DNA from: an uncultured Clostridia bacterium
GTDB taxonomy: Bacteria > Bacillota > Clostridia > TANB77 > CAG-465
Assembly (NCBI GenBank): GCA_947584535.1
Contig: CANPWO010000006.1
Coordinates: forward strand, 1-47,010
Direction: 5' to 3'
DNA length: 47,010 nucleotides
Within the stretch, counting starts at the first letter, position 1. The number at the start of each line of letters is the position of its first letter. The notes beneath the pieces are model-generated. The model saw only the letters and a program-made list of their open reading frames with translations. It did not search any database and was not told the DNA's origin. This document shows positions 1 through 10,098 of the stretch, piece by piece. The translations under genes were made by a program, and so were the position numbers.

Positions 1-1
1 T

Positions 2-37
2 AATAAAAGACTAAGAAAATTTTCTTAATCTTTTATT
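2..37 (-). terminator. Intrinsic terminator ending the TelA-PP2C-vWA operon
   Basis: Inverted repeat AATAAAAGA(C)TAAGAAA / TTTCTTA(A)TCTTTTATT just past the vWA stop codon. Confidence 0.6.
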
Positions 38-46
38 ATATTTTAA

Positions 47-727
47 TTACTTGTTAAGCCAGTTGTCAACGTTTACAACGTCCATTTTGCTTTGACTTAT
101 AGTAGTCTGAGTTATATCATCCATTATTTGAATAAGTGCTTCACTACTATTTTCAGGATCATAAACAGAAGTAAAACCAAGTTCTTTAGGTATACTACCG
201 TTTTCACCGCCAAAATCAATGAAAATCATTGTAATATCGTTTTCAAGTGCTTTTTTAACCGCATTTTTAACATCTTTAATATCGTAATATGATGGCTCAT
301 TATCCCAGCCTATACAATGTTCTCCATCTGAAAAATAAATGTTAAACATTGTAGGTGTGTATCCCTGTTCGATTAATGCCTGCTTTGTTTCAATTGCATT
401 ATTTACAGAATAAACAATTGCATCATAAAGATTAGTCCAACCGTTTGCATTATAATCTGTCGACATATTCTTTATATTAAGATATTTCATTTCACTATAC
501 CTACTTGTAAAATCAGCACGAGAAACAAATATCCGTGAGGCTTCATCTGAATCAGAAATTTGCTGTTTATAATTTTTTAAACATGTTCTCATTGTATCCT
601 CATGAGTTTCCATTGAAGATGAACAATCAAATACTAATTTGTAAAAATGTCCGTCCATTGTATTAGGACACTCAAATAAAGTATCATTACCTTTAACGCT
701 AAACTCCTTCATTCTTTTTAATGCCAT
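47..727 (-). CDS. von Willebrand factor A (vWA/TerY-like) domain protein
   Basis: Complete MIDAS motif: LVFDCSSSM (DxSxS), GWTNLYDAI (T), FSDG (D); GAGG upstream. Confidence 0.8.
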   Translation of the reverse strand: MALKRMKEFSVKGNDTLFECPNTMDGHFYKLVFDCSSSMETHEDTMRTCLKNYKQQISDSDEASRIFVSRADFTSRYSEMKYLNIKNMSTDYNANGWTNLYDAIVYSVNNAIETKQALIEQGYTPTMFNIYFSDGEHCIGWDNEPSYYDIKDVKNAVKKALENDITMIFIDFGGENGSIPKELGFTSVYDPENSSEALIQIMDDITQTTISQSKMDVVNVDNWLNK

Positions 728-729
728 AA

Positions 730-1929
730 TTATTTCCCTCCATTTTTATCACTGGATTTAGTGTTATTATTTTTAGTTGAACTTTTTGTTGTAGAACTTT
801 TAGTACTTGTCCTTCCATTTGCTGTTTTCTTTTGAGTTGATGAAGTATTTTTACTACCTGTTTGTGCTGTTTTTTTAACAGTTGACTTTCCAGATTTTGA
901 AGTATTGCTTGATGTTAAAATCTTTAAAAGCTCATCAGACTTAGCTTTCAATTTATCTTTGTCTATGCTATTTACCGCAGATACAAGTAAATCTTCAATA
1001 CTAAGCAAAACATCAAAAAATTCATCATTTTTCAAAAAAGTCTCTAAATTTGATATATTAATTGATTTTATCCTATTATATTTCTCTTTTAACTCGGCAT
1101 AGTACTTAGATGATTTAAAACCTTCAATTTTCTTTCCTATTTGCTCTAAATCATTCATAAGTGGAACTAAATACTCAGATTTAAAATCCTTTTTATAGTC
1201 ATATGTCAGGTTATGTTTAATAGAATAACGTATCGTACATTTTTGCAAAATATAAAATATATTTGCATATATATCACTTAGATTCTTTTTATTAATGAAG
1301 TCTGCAAAAGAATTGCTATGAAACGAATCATCACCCATTACTCTTGTAATAACTTCAGCTAACTTAGAGTTTGCTTGACTTATGCAATCTCTAAAACTAC
1401 CTTTATATGTACCGTTTATATACTGATTATAATACTTAAGTATTTCAGTATATAATTTTGTAAACCGATTTGAAAGTAGTTTATACTGTGCTTCGTTACT
1501 TATAAAATCATCAATTTCAACTTGAATCTTTCTGATTTTTTCTCGTAATGTTTTGTTATATAAAGGATTACATGTAAAAACAAGTTCATTACTTGTCATT
1601 GCCTTTATATATGATTCGTATTCTTCCTTACATTCTTTTTCAAGTGCATCAAGTCTCAAATTAAAGTCAACATATTCATTGGGACAGACAATCTCAATTC
1701 TTGAAAGCTTAACTCTCATAGAATTAATATCATCAATCAAACTATTTTGAGCTACAAATGAAGAATCATTTTTTACAGAAAGGTTATCTTCTTCTTTTTC
1801 GTCATGGCTAGCATCTACTGATTCTTCGTCATTTTTTTCACTTAAAAGAAGATTTGAATTAACTTTTTTGCCAAAAATCTTTTCCATTATCACTCTATAG
1901 ATATAGTTTAATCTGCTTAATAAGCTCAT
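730..1929 (-). CDS. Hypothetical helical protein with S/T/K-rich C-terminal tail
   Basis: 399-aa ORF, AAGGGAG RBS, tightly packed in operon; no family recognised. Confidence 0.7.
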   Translation of the reverse strand: MSLLSRLNYIYRVIMEKIFGKKVNSNLLLSEKNDEESVDASHDEKEEDNLSVKNDSSFVAQNSLIDDINSMRVKLSRIEIVCPNEYVDFNLRLDALEKECKEEYESYIKAMTSNELVFTCNPLYNKTLREKIRKIQVEIDDFISNEAQYKLLSNRFTKLYTEILKYYNQYINGTYKGSFRDCISQANSKLAEVITRVMGDDSFHSNSFADFINKKNLSDIYANIFYILQKCTIRYSIKHNLTYDYKKDFKSEYLVPLMNDLEQIGKKIEGFKSSKYYAELKEKYNRIKSINISNLETFLKNDEFFDVLLSIEDLLVSAVNSIDKDKLKAKSDELLKILTSSNTSKSGKSTVKKTAQTGSKNTSSTQKKTANGRTSTKSSTTKSSTKNNNTKSSDKNGGK

Positions 1930-1946
1930 TTTTTGTCACTCCCTTC

Positions 1947-2936
1947 TTATGAATAGTTCTCATATTCAAGTTCTATGCTGTCAGCACCAAGTATTGCTAA
2001 AGATTCTATATTTTCTTTATCTATCGAATAAATTACAATACCGATATCTTTAGATTTCAATTCTTGAATGTATTTTTGAGCTTTTAAAAGTGAGTCAGAA
2101 GAAATATTTTCAAAATCTATCTTGTCACAAACAATATAAATGCTTTTTACCTTAGGAATCAAGATTTTCTTTGTAGGCTTAAATGTTTCAAAACTTTTTC
2201 TGACAATGGGGCTATGACTTACCTTTTTAGGGCTAGAAGCTTCTTTTAAACTTTCGTTTAAATTAGATTCGTCATTTAATTCCTCATTCTTTTTGTTTTC
2301 TTCATCAAGCCTTTTTAAGCATCTTTCTTTTTCTTCCTTAGCAATTTCCATGCATTTTTTCAAATACTCATCTTTTTCCTTTTCAATTTGCTCTTTTGTC
2401 ACTGAACCAGGAAGTACAATATTTTCAAGTTTATCCTTAAGACTAAGTATTGTATCAACAATATTTAGCTTTTGCTTCGGTAAATAATCATTGAAAAATG
2501 TTGTTTTGACTGATTCGATAACTTTTTCAAATGACGAATTAGAAACACTTATTGGTGTACCTGTAGAAAGTAATATGTCATTTCTTACAAAAAAGCATTT
2601 ATCAATTGACATACTGTTATATAACAAAGAACTAGCAAAATACTCAAATTTTTCCTTATCTATTTCTATATCAAATACAAATAAATTAACACTTTGAGTA
2701 GTTGTTTCTTTTGCACTTGATGAAGTATATATATATGGAGAATAATACGGATAATACGGGTCATTATTTAGCATATCTCTTTCATGTTCTTCATCAAATT
2801 TTACAACAGTTGGTTTGTTCACATTACTTTCTGTATACGGATTCCCATTGTTTCTATAGAAGTCGTAATAATCTTTATCGATTTCAGCAAGTCCTTCAAA
2901 AAAGCCTTTAACTATTTTTCCTAACTTTTTACCCAT
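1947..2936 (-). CDS. Hypothetical protein, possibly degenerate vWA fold
   Basis: Start moved to ATG 2936 (GGAGG RBS). Strand pattern LFVFD..SIYIVCD..IGIVIYSID resembles vWA without a MIDAS. Confidence 0.6.
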   Translation of the reverse strand: MGKKLGKIVKGFFEGLAEIDKDYYDFYRNNGNPYTESNVNKPTVVKFDEEHERDMLNNDPYYPYYSPYIYTSSSAKETTTQSVNLFVFDIEIDKEKFEYFASSLLYNSMSIDKCFFVRNDILLSTGTPISVSNSSFEKVIESVKTTFFNDYLPKQKLNIVDTILSLKDKLENIVLPGSVTKEQIEKEKDEYLKKCMEIAKEEKERCLKRLDEENKKNEELNDESNLNESLKEASSPKKVSHSPIVRKSFETFKPTKKILIPKVKSIYIVCDKIDFENISSDSLLKAQKYIQELKSKDIGIVIYSIDKENIESLAILGADSIELEYENYS

Positions 2937-3654
2937 TTGCCTTACCTCCCATAAAAAATACTGTAGTATCATCAATAAGATAGCTCTTAAATGATTTTAT
3001 GAAATTGTTAAGACGGGTATTTGCCTTTGTCTCATCAAGATTATCTTTGTTTACAAGATAATCTTCAAACTTATCTCTACCTTCTTTTCCAATTCCATTT
3101 ATCTTCCTAACGAAAGGTTCGATACCATCACTTGCTATACCTACTCCATTAAAATGCTCTTTTTTAAAAATATACTTTTTAAATGATAATTTAGGCAAAT
3201 TATTCATGCAGTAGTTATATACAATGTACGGAGGCTTATTTTGAGAATATACAGAATGAATATATGAAAAAACTCCAAGTTTATTTTGAGTAATTATATA
3301 TCCATCACCAAGCATGTAAATAACATACTCATCTTTTTTCTCAAAACATGCTAAAAGAGTAAAGAAAAGATTGTTCATAAGTAAATCTGTCGTATAATTA
3401 CCGTTATTGCATATTTCCTTGTTGTATTTTTGCAATAAGCTAATTAACATTTCCATTATATAGGTTATATTTTCCTCAAATTTTTCCTCCTCATTACAAG
3501 TAGGAATTCCGCCATATAATTGCAATATAACCCGTGTGCCAACTTCGCTATATTTGCTACTACTACAACCATCTGCAATAACGCCGTAGTTTTTGCCAGT
3601 TATAACAAAATCCTGATTTGCATTATGCTCTTTTCCAATTACACTTGCATACAT
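2929..3654 (-). CDS. PP2C-like protein phosphatase (PP2C_2/TerY-associated type)
   Basis: Motifs GKEH..NQD, VIADGCSS..SEVG, LGDG, ASDG, DDTT. Confidence 0.8.
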   Translation of the reverse strand: MYASVIGKEHNANQDFVITGKNYGVIADGCSSSKYSEVGTRVILQLYGGIPTCNEEEKFEENITYIMEMLISLLQKYNKEICNNGNYTTDLLMNNLFFTLLACFEKKDEYVIYMLGDGYIITQNKLGVFSYIHSVYSQNKPPYIVYNYCMNNLPKLSFKKYIFKKEHFNGVGIASDGIEPFVRKINGIGKEGRDKFEDYLVNKDNLDETKANTRLNNFIKSFKSYLIDDTTVFFMGGKANG

Positions 3655-3680
3655 ATTAGTTCACTCCATTTCGTATTTTT

Positions 3681-4925
3681 TTACCATTCAAGCTTGTTCT
3701 TCCCACCTTTTTTTGAACGCGAAGGCGTAGATGACTTTAATCTATCATATACTGTCTCCTCTGATGAATCTTCATCTCCTAACAAAGTAGAATTAAACTT
3801 GCTTGATTTTTCAATAACTGTTGCACGACCATTTTGCAGATTTTCTGCATCTTTAACACATCTTTCAAACATTTCTTTTCCTTCATTAAATGCATTAACT
3901 AAAATATCTATACATTCATTAACCACTTCTGTATCAACATCTCCTTTTGTAAGCAAGCTGACAATATCTACGAAATTATCAGCATGGGTCTTAGCATTGT
4001 CAATCATCAAACTTTTATTAAGTTCATTAATACCTTTGTAGCCGTCTACCATTGAACGAACTTTCTCGGAAAAAATAGCATTTCTTGCATTTTGACTGAA
4101 TATATGAAGTATCGATTCTTTTGCAGTCGTGTATAAAAATTGCATTGCATTTAATTCGCCTATTGTTGAATTAATGAAGTTTGAGGAAAGATACGTAGAT
4201 TCTCTTTCTTCATCACGCTTGCGTAAAACCAGTCCCATAATATTAAGACCTGATTTTATATCTTGATACCTATATAACGAGTCCGTACTTAATGCTGTTG
4301 TGTCACTATCTTCTTTTAATTGCTCAGCTTCTTCCTCAAATCTTTCTATTGCTGTAAGACCTGCAATTATATAATCAGTAAGCTGATCAATTACCTCTTT
4401 ATCCAAAAGCGAAAGTTCATGTGCTCTTCTATTTAACTCTTCACATGAATTAGCCTGCCTATCCAAAGCAATACTTAATTCTTCGAGAATCTCTGCAGAA
4501 TTAGTTGCTTTAACAGATATGTTTTCATCTTCCTTACTTCCAAAAAATAATGAAAACATTTTTTGGATGAAATTCTTTTCCTTTGGAATAATTTGTAACT
4601 GACTTATTTCATCTTTTGATTTTGCAGATAACTCAGCAATGCGTTTTACCAGTTCCTTATCCTCTTTTTCTCCAGCCATTTCCTTAAGGAAATCCATATT
4701 AGCATCTGTAGCTTTTCTTGAAACATTTGATGCATAAGCCATAACTTTATCCCTTGCAGTTACATCAATTTTTTCTGCAAGTTTTAAAACTGCTTCCCGT
4801 CTTTCAGGTGCTAAAAAATCAGCTGACTGAGCAGTAAGCTTAGCTAAAGGCAAAGCCTCTATTTTACCTGCTTCAATAATTGCGCTATTTTCTCCAGCTA
4901 ATGTTAAATTCTTTTCTTCGGTCAT
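3681..4925 (-). CDS. TelA-like toxic anion resistance protein
   Basis: Coiled-coil protein with KNFIQKMFSLF and DQLTDYIIAG segments typical of TelA/KlaB; start ATG 4925 after AAGGAGG. Confidence 0.65.
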   Translation of the reverse strand: MTEEKNLTLAGENSAIIEAGKIEALPLAKLTAQSADFLAPERREAVLKLAEKIDVTARDKVMAYASNVSRKATDANMDFLKEMAGEKEDKELVKRIAELSAKSKDEISQLQIIPKEKNFIQKMFSLFFGSKEDENISVKATNSAEILEELSIALDRQANSCEELNRRAHELSLLDKEVIDQLTDYIIAGLTAIERFEEEAEQLKEDSDTTALSTDSLYRYQDIKSGLNIMGLVLRKRDEERESTYLSSNFINSTIGELNAMQFLYTTAKESILHIFSQNARNAIFSEKVRSMVDGYKGINELNKSLMIDNAKTHADNFVDIVSLLTKGDVDTEVVNECIDILVNAFNEGKEMFERCVKDAENLQNGRATVIEKSSKFNSTLLGDEDSSEETVYDRLKSSTPSRSKKGGKNKLEW

Positions 4926-4997
4926 AATTAATTCCTCCTTTATTTTTTTGACCAACTTTCTTACTATAGAAAGCATATAATGTTTTTATGTAAAGAT

Positions 4998-5026
4998 ATT
5001 ATATCACCCTTTCGCCTATATGTCAA
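4998..5026 (-). promoter_or_regulatory. Sigma-A promoter of telA operon
   Basis: TTGACA-17-TATAAT with extended -10 TG (TTGACATATAGGCGAAAGGGTGATATAAT). Confidence 0.8.
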
Positions 5027-5090
5027 TCATTTTATAACAATTAACATAAAAATAGTTTGGATTTTTCTTGTATAAATTTTCAATTGTATA

Positions 5091-5125
5091 AAAAAATGCC
5101 CTGGCATAGCCAGAGGCATTTTTTT
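5091..5125 (-). terminator. Intrinsic terminator after AAA+/M41 gene
   Basis: AAAAAATGCC-CTGGC-ATA-GCCAG-AGGCATTTTTTT hairpin with poly-T on both strands. Confidence 0.8.
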
Positions 5126-5126
5126 A

Positions 5127-7223
5127 TTAACTTACTTTATTAATATAATCGTTATATATTTTGTCAAGTTCATCTTTTACTAAAATCTTTTTAGAAATCA
5201 GCATTGTTGCAACCATATCTACAAATTTCATATTCTTATACAGTATTTCCTTTGTTTTAGAATATTGCAAAGCTATAATTTCCATTACTTTATTATTAAT
5301 TATACTTATGTTATCATCACTTGCGTCTAATATACTATTCTTTACACCAAAAGATATATTACCAATTTCATCATCCATTCCATATAAAGTAACAATATTT
5401 TTTGCAACATAAGTTGCGTGTTCTAAATCTGCCGATGCTCCAGAAGAAATTAAATTAAATTTCAATTCTTCTATCGCCTTACCAGCCAAACACATTGAAA
5501 TATAATCAAGATATGTAAACTTATCTTTTAAAATGAATGTTTCAATATCTTCACAAATATTAACTCCATTGAAAGAATTAGTTGGCAATATTGATACCGC
5601 TATAACATCTTGAGCATTCTTAAAACGTGTCAACTTAGATACTACATAATGTGCAGCTTCGTGATATGCAACAACACTTATGTCATACGCATCAAATTTG
5701 TTATGTAATTTACAACTATCAGCAAAAACTTGTTTAACATGGTCTTTTGTAACTTTTTCTTTATTTAAGTTTTTAGCAACTACCATAGCTCTATCACATA
5801 AATCAAGAGTTTTATCAGGATTTGCTGTATCCAAGTTAAAACATGTTGATGCAGTAATTATAAACTTTAAAACACCTTTTGAAAGCTGAACTTTATGAAA
5901 TTTCTGAAGTCCTTCTACCTTTCTTTTTACCATTTTTTCCACTTCATTATATTTAGGTTCTTTTACTTCTACTATTTCAAATCTTCTTTTATATGCCTTA
6001 TCCGACTCTATAAAATACTTATATTCGTCTTCAGTAGTAGTACCTATTAAAATAGTTTCATCGCGAGATAATAATGGTTTTAAAGCGCCACTTAAATCAG
6101 TTGTACCACTTTCAGAACTTCCTGCTCCACGTGTTCTATGTATTTCGTCAATGAACAAAATTACATTTGGCGTTTTCTTTATAAAATCTTTAAGTAATAT
6201 AATTTTGGTTTCGAATTCTCCTCTATACTTAGTTCCAGCAACAAGTGAATCAATATCAAACGATATTACTTTATAATCATAAAATTCCTTAGGACATTCC
6301 TTATTAACGATTTGTTGCGTTAAAGCTTCTACAATAGCCGTTTTTCCCACACCAGGTATTCCAACTAATATTGCGTTACGTTTGGTTTTCTTTGAGATAA
6401 TATTCCAAAGTTGCTTTATTTCCATATCTCTACAAAGAATTTCGCATTTTTCTCCCTTTTTATATTTATTGTTTAATATTTCACAACAATTCTCAAGAGA
6501 TGAAGGTATATAAACATCACCATTATTTTCTGTGTTTGACTTTAATATATTACAATTACTTTCTATATACGATATAAAATCATCAATTGTAACATCATCT
6601 AAAGTCTGTTCTATAATTATTTTCATAAGCTTGTATGCACTTGAATCAGGAATTTTAAATAAGCAATATAAAATAGGATCCAATGTTAAAATCTTTGAAT
6701 TAGTTTTTTTACATTGAATAGATGCTTGCTCTAATGCTTCATATAAAGACATTGAAAAACCTATTGAAATATCACATAAGTATTGCTGAGTTTCCTCAAT
6801 TTGAGTATGTTCATTTAACATATTTTCAACGTATTCTTCAACATTTTTCCTTATAATAAAATTAGTGTCATTTTCCTCTTCATCGGTATTTTCATTTTCC
6901 GTATTTTCTTCTTTGCCATCGTTTTGTTCATTCGAATCATCAAATTCAAAGAAAATTTTAGAAAACTCTTCACCAAAGACTTGTTCAAAAATAACTGGCT
7001 CGGTAATTAACGTACTAATAATCTGTGAATACTCAATTTTAAGTCCCTTTTCTAAATAAAACTTATCTATTATAGTATCATCTTGACAAATTGCTCCAAG
7101 TAAAAAATATGCAGACCGTATCATATCATCTTCATATTTTACTTGCAAAATGGTTGCGTGTTGCAAGCTATTTCTTACACTTGCACTAACAGGTATGTTA
7201 GTATATTCTTTAAACTTCTTCAT
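5127..7223 (-). CDS. Clp-type AAA+ ATPase (ClpA NBD1-like) fused to peptidase M41 domain
   Basis: RKTKRN-like KKTKRNAILVGIPGVGKT, LVAGTKYRGEFE, LFIDEIH, PDKTLDLCD (Clp NBD1); AYHEAAH and GASADLEHAT (FtsH M41). Confidence 0.85.
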   Translation of the reverse strand: MKKFKEYTNIPVSASVRNSLQHATILQVKYEDDMIRSAYFLLGAICQDDTIIDKFYLEKGLKIEYSQIISTLITEPVIFEQVFGEEFSKIFFEFDDSNEQNDGKEENTENENTDEEENDTNFIIRKNVEEYVENMLNEHTQIEETQQYLCDISIGFSMSLYEALEQASIQCKKTNSKILTLDPILYCLFKIPDSSAYKLMKIIIEQTLDDVTIDDFISYIESNCNILKSNTENNGDVYIPSSLENCCEILNNKYKKGEKCEILCRDMEIKQLWNIISKKTKRNAILVGIPGVGKTAIVEALTQQIVNKECPKEFYDYKVISFDIDSLVAGTKYRGEFETKIILLKDFIKKTPNVILFIDEIHRTRGAGSSESGTTDLSGALKPLLSRDETILIGTTTEDEYKYFIESDKAYKRRFEIVEVKEPKYNEVEKMVKRKVEGLQKFHKVQLSKGVLKFIITASTCFNLDTANPDKTLDLCDRAMVVAKNLNKEKVTKDHVKQVFADSCKLHNKFDAYDISVVAYHEAAHYVVSKLTRFKNAQDVIAVSILPTNSFNGVNICEDIETFILKDKFTYLDYISMCLAGKAIEELKFNLISSGASADLEHATYVAKNIVTLYGMDDEIGNISFGVKNSILDASDDNISIINNKVMEIIALQYSKTKEILYKNMKFVDMVATMLISKKILVKDELDKIYNDYINKVS

Positions 7224-7276
7224 AATGTAATTCCTCCTTTATTTTAAGAAAGTTCTTAATATATTTTTGTAAAGTT

Positions 7277-7305
7277 ATTATATAATCTGAAAGTCAAATT
7301 GTCAA
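7277..7305 (-). promoter_or_regulatory. Sigma-A promoter of AAA+/M41 gene
   Basis: TTGACA-ATTTGACTTTCAGATTA(17)-TATAAT. Confidence 0.8.
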
Positions 7306-7347
7306 TAAAATACAAAAAAATACTACTCATTTTATATATAAGTAGTA

Positions 7348-7848
7348 TTAAGACTTTAAAGCGTCTATTATTTTATCATTCCAATAATTGTATAATTTAT
7401 CAAAACTCCAAATTGCATTAGCTGGTGATGTTGAAGGTAAAACCTCAAGTTTAATTTTATTATTGTTCATATTATTTTTATTATATTTTAAAAATAATTC
7501 ATATGCTTTTTTTCCGTTAAAAAATATTTTTTCTATTTTACTGTTTGTTATAATACTGTCTATGTCATTTACTTTAACATTTTTTATATTAGAATCAAGT
7601 GAACCTTCTATATCACATTTCATAATAACATCATATATTGCAATATTATTTTTAAGTAATAGATTTGTTTTTTGTTCTATTGTATCAATCTTTTCTTCAT
7701 TAAATATCTTAGATAATATTTTCCAAAATCTATTTTGTGGATGTGAATAATAAAAATTATATTCACGTGACTTTACTGATGGAAAACTTCCAAGTATAAG
7801 TATTTTACTATTTTCATTATATATTGGTTTAAATGGATGCGTAATCAT
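7348..7848 (-). CDS. Uracil-DNA glycosylase superfamily, DNA-deoxyinosine glycosylase type
   Basis: ILILGSFPSVKS, YYSHPQNRFW, GSLDS, LPSTSPAN. Confidence 0.9.
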   Translation of the reverse strand: MITHPFKPIYNENSKILILGSFPSVKSREYNFYYSHPQNRFWKILSKIFNEEKIDTIEQKTNLLLKNNIAIYDVIMKCDIEGSLDSNIKNVKVNDIDSIITNSKIEKIFFNGKKAYELFLKYNKNNMNNNKIKLEVLPSTSPANAIWSFDKLYNYWNDKIIDALKS

Positions 7849-7860
7849 TATTTTATACCT

Positions 7861-8724
7861 CTATCTATATGTATCATCACTTTGTTCTTTATCTCTTTCT
7901 ATTTTTTTACTATTTTCATTTCCTAATGAAACTGTAATATCATTATCTTGATTAACCATTTTATGCAAGTCATCATTAAAACTATTTTTATTAATATCAA
8001 CATTTTGGTTATCAATTAATGTTGAAGATGATTCGTTTAGTAAGTTTGTTTTCATTTTTCTATTATTAACAAAAGATTTTAATTTTGAAAATATTTTTGA
8101 ATAGGTATGTATTATCTCATTTGGATAAGATTTTATCATGTTCTTCATTAAATTATTATTTTTTTCCATATTTAATTTTTTAGTAAGTTCATCAGATGGA
8201 ATATATTTACCATTCTCTATTTCAGCTTTTGTTTTTTCCCTAGAAATAATATTTCCTTTTTCATCTAAATCAAGTACCATTTGAACTTTAGTTGCACATT
8301 TATCTTTTAAGTTACATTTCCCTCTATAAGTTATTGAATCATCATTTAAAGAACGTTGTCTAAAATTCGATAAAATCTGTTTTGCTTTTTCTTTTGGTAT
8401 CTCGTTACTATTAGCATCCTTTTTTAAATCGATTTTTACTGCACAAAATTCATAACTAGTTGAACTACTAGCAACATTTTTGCATAAGTCTGTATATGAA
8501 GGTTGTCCAGCAAAAAAATAACATTTTTTTCTTCCAAGTGATATAAAATTATTACTTGGCTTTATATAGCCACTTTCTAATATTAAATCTGCATTTTCTT
8601 CAGATGTTACATGATACAAACCATTTTCAATTATTTCTTCATTCATTTGCTCTTCTATTTTTGTATGTATCATTTTTGAAGCTATTATTCCTGAATTAAT
8701 AGCAATAAATGTTTCTAAAATCAT
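7861..8724 (-). CDS. Hypothetical protein with ART-fold-like LYHxT motif
   Basis: LYHVTSEENADLILESGYIKPS...CYFF. Confidence 0.6.
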   Translation of the reverse strand: MILETFIAINSGIIASKMIHTKIEEQMNEEIIENGLYHVTSEENADLILESGYIKPSNNFISLGRKKCYFFAGQPSYTDLCKNVASSSTSYEFCAVKIDLKKDANSNEIPKEKAKQILSNFRQRSLNDDSITYRGKCNLKDKCATKVQMVLDLDEKGNIISREKTKAEIENGKYIPSDELTKKLNMEKNNNLMKNMIKSYPNEIIHTYSKIFSKLKSFVNNRKMKTNLLNESSSTLIDNQNVDINKNSFNDDLHKMVNQDNDITVSLGNENSKKIERDKEQSDDTYR

Positions 8725-8731
8725 TTATTTA

Positions 8732-9319
8732 TCACCTTTTTTCATCATTTAAAGCATAACATTTATCAAGTAATTCAATTGAAAATTGCTCAATTTTTTT
8801 CTTGTCTTTTGCTATTTCTTCTGTAATATATATTGGCTCTCCATATATTATTTTTACTTTTGAGAAAACTTTTGCATTCTTAGTAATATATACAGGTACA
8901 ATTGGAACATTAGCTTTATATGCAATGTATGCAGGACCTACTTTTGCTTTACCTTTTTCCTCATCTATTTTCATTCTTTCTCCTTCAGGAAAAATAAGTA
9001 ATTTTCTTCTATCTACTCCCTTAAATAAGTTTATTGCATGTATAAGACTTCTTACATCATGTTCTCCTCTTCTTATTGGAAAAACACCAAGAGATTTATA
9101 AATCATAGCTAAAAATTTATTCTTAAATAGCTCTGCTTTTGCCATTATACATATATCTTTAGTTTTTGAATATATCCAAGCAGGTTCAAAAAAATTAGAA
9201 TGATTTGGGCATATTATACATTTATCAAGTTTTTCCTCATTTTCTTTATTTATAAACTTAACACTATAAAAAATATTACAGAATAATACTCTAATAATCC
9301 ATTTAATAATAAGCTTCAT
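8732..9319 (-). CDS. plsC: 1-acyl-sn-glycerol-3-phosphate acyltransferase
   Basis: NHSNFFE (HX4D/E), FPIRRG, IFPEG, VPIVPV; follows cmk. Confidence 0.9.
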   Translation of the reverse strand: MKLIIKWIIRVLFCNIFYSVKFINKENEEKLDKCIICPNHSNFFEPAWIYSKTKDICIMAKAELFKNKFLAMIYKSLGVFPIRRGEHDVRSLIHAINLFKGVDRRKLLIFPEGERMKIDEEKGKAKVGPAYIAYKANVPIVPVYITKNAKVFSKVKIIYGEPIYITEEIAKDKKKIEQFSIELLDKCYALNDEKR

Positions 9320-9326
9320 ATAAAAT

Positions 9327-10004
9327 TTAAACCCTTTCCTTTAATAACTTAATTACCATATCTGCTGTTTCATCATTTGTTAAATTAGTTGTGTCTATCT
9401 CTATTGCATCTTCAACTTTTATCAAAGGTGACTCTTTTCTTGTACTATCTTGTAAGTCCCTTTTTAAAAGTGATTCCTTTACTTCATCTATATCAACTAT
9501 TTGTCCTTTTTTTTCTAAATCTCTCTTTCTTCTTATAGCTCTTATTTCTGGTGTAGCTGTTAAAAATAATTTTAAATCAGCTTTTGGGAATACAACAGAT
9601 GTAGTATCTCTACCCTCAAGCACTACACTTTCTTTACCAGCCATTTCTCTTTGCATTTTTACAAGTTTCTCTCTTACTTTTTTATTTTTAGAAACGTAAG
9701 ATGCAGCCATTGATATTTGTTCTGTTCTTATTTTATTTGTTATCTCTTCATTATTTAAGTATACTCTAATTGCTAAATCTTTATACTCAAGTTTTATATC
9801 AATCTCATCTAAATATTTTTCTATATTTTCATCAGTTAATTCTATATTATTTGAAACAAAAAAATATCCTAATGCCCTATACATAGCACCTGTATCTATA
9901 TAAAGTATATTAAGTCTTTTTGCTAGTTCTTTTGCAAGTACTGACTTACCAGTTGCTGCTGATCCGTCAATTGCTATAATATAATTTTTCTCTATTTTAT
10001 CCAT
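9327..10004 (-). CDS. cmk: Cytidylate kinase
   Basis: IAIDGSAATGKS, YIDTGAMYR, VLEGRD, RDLQDSTR. Confidence 0.95.
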   Translation of the reverse strand: MDKIEKNYIIAIDGSAATGKSVLAKELAKRLNILYIDTGAMYRALGYFFVSNNIELTDENIEKYLDEIDIKLEYKDLAIRVYLNNEEITNKIRTEQISMAASYVSKNKKVREKLVKMQREMAGKESVVLEGRDTTSVVFPKADLKLFLTATPEIRAIRRKRDLEKKGQIVDIDEVKESLLKRDLQDSTRKESPLIKVEDAIEIDTTNLTNDETADMVIKLLKERV

Positions 10005-10098
10005 TTTTTTGTCCCTCCTATTTATTTTTAGTTAAAATTATGATATCATATATATGAATTTTTGTAAAGAATAAAAAATAAGAAAGTTGGTTAAAATT

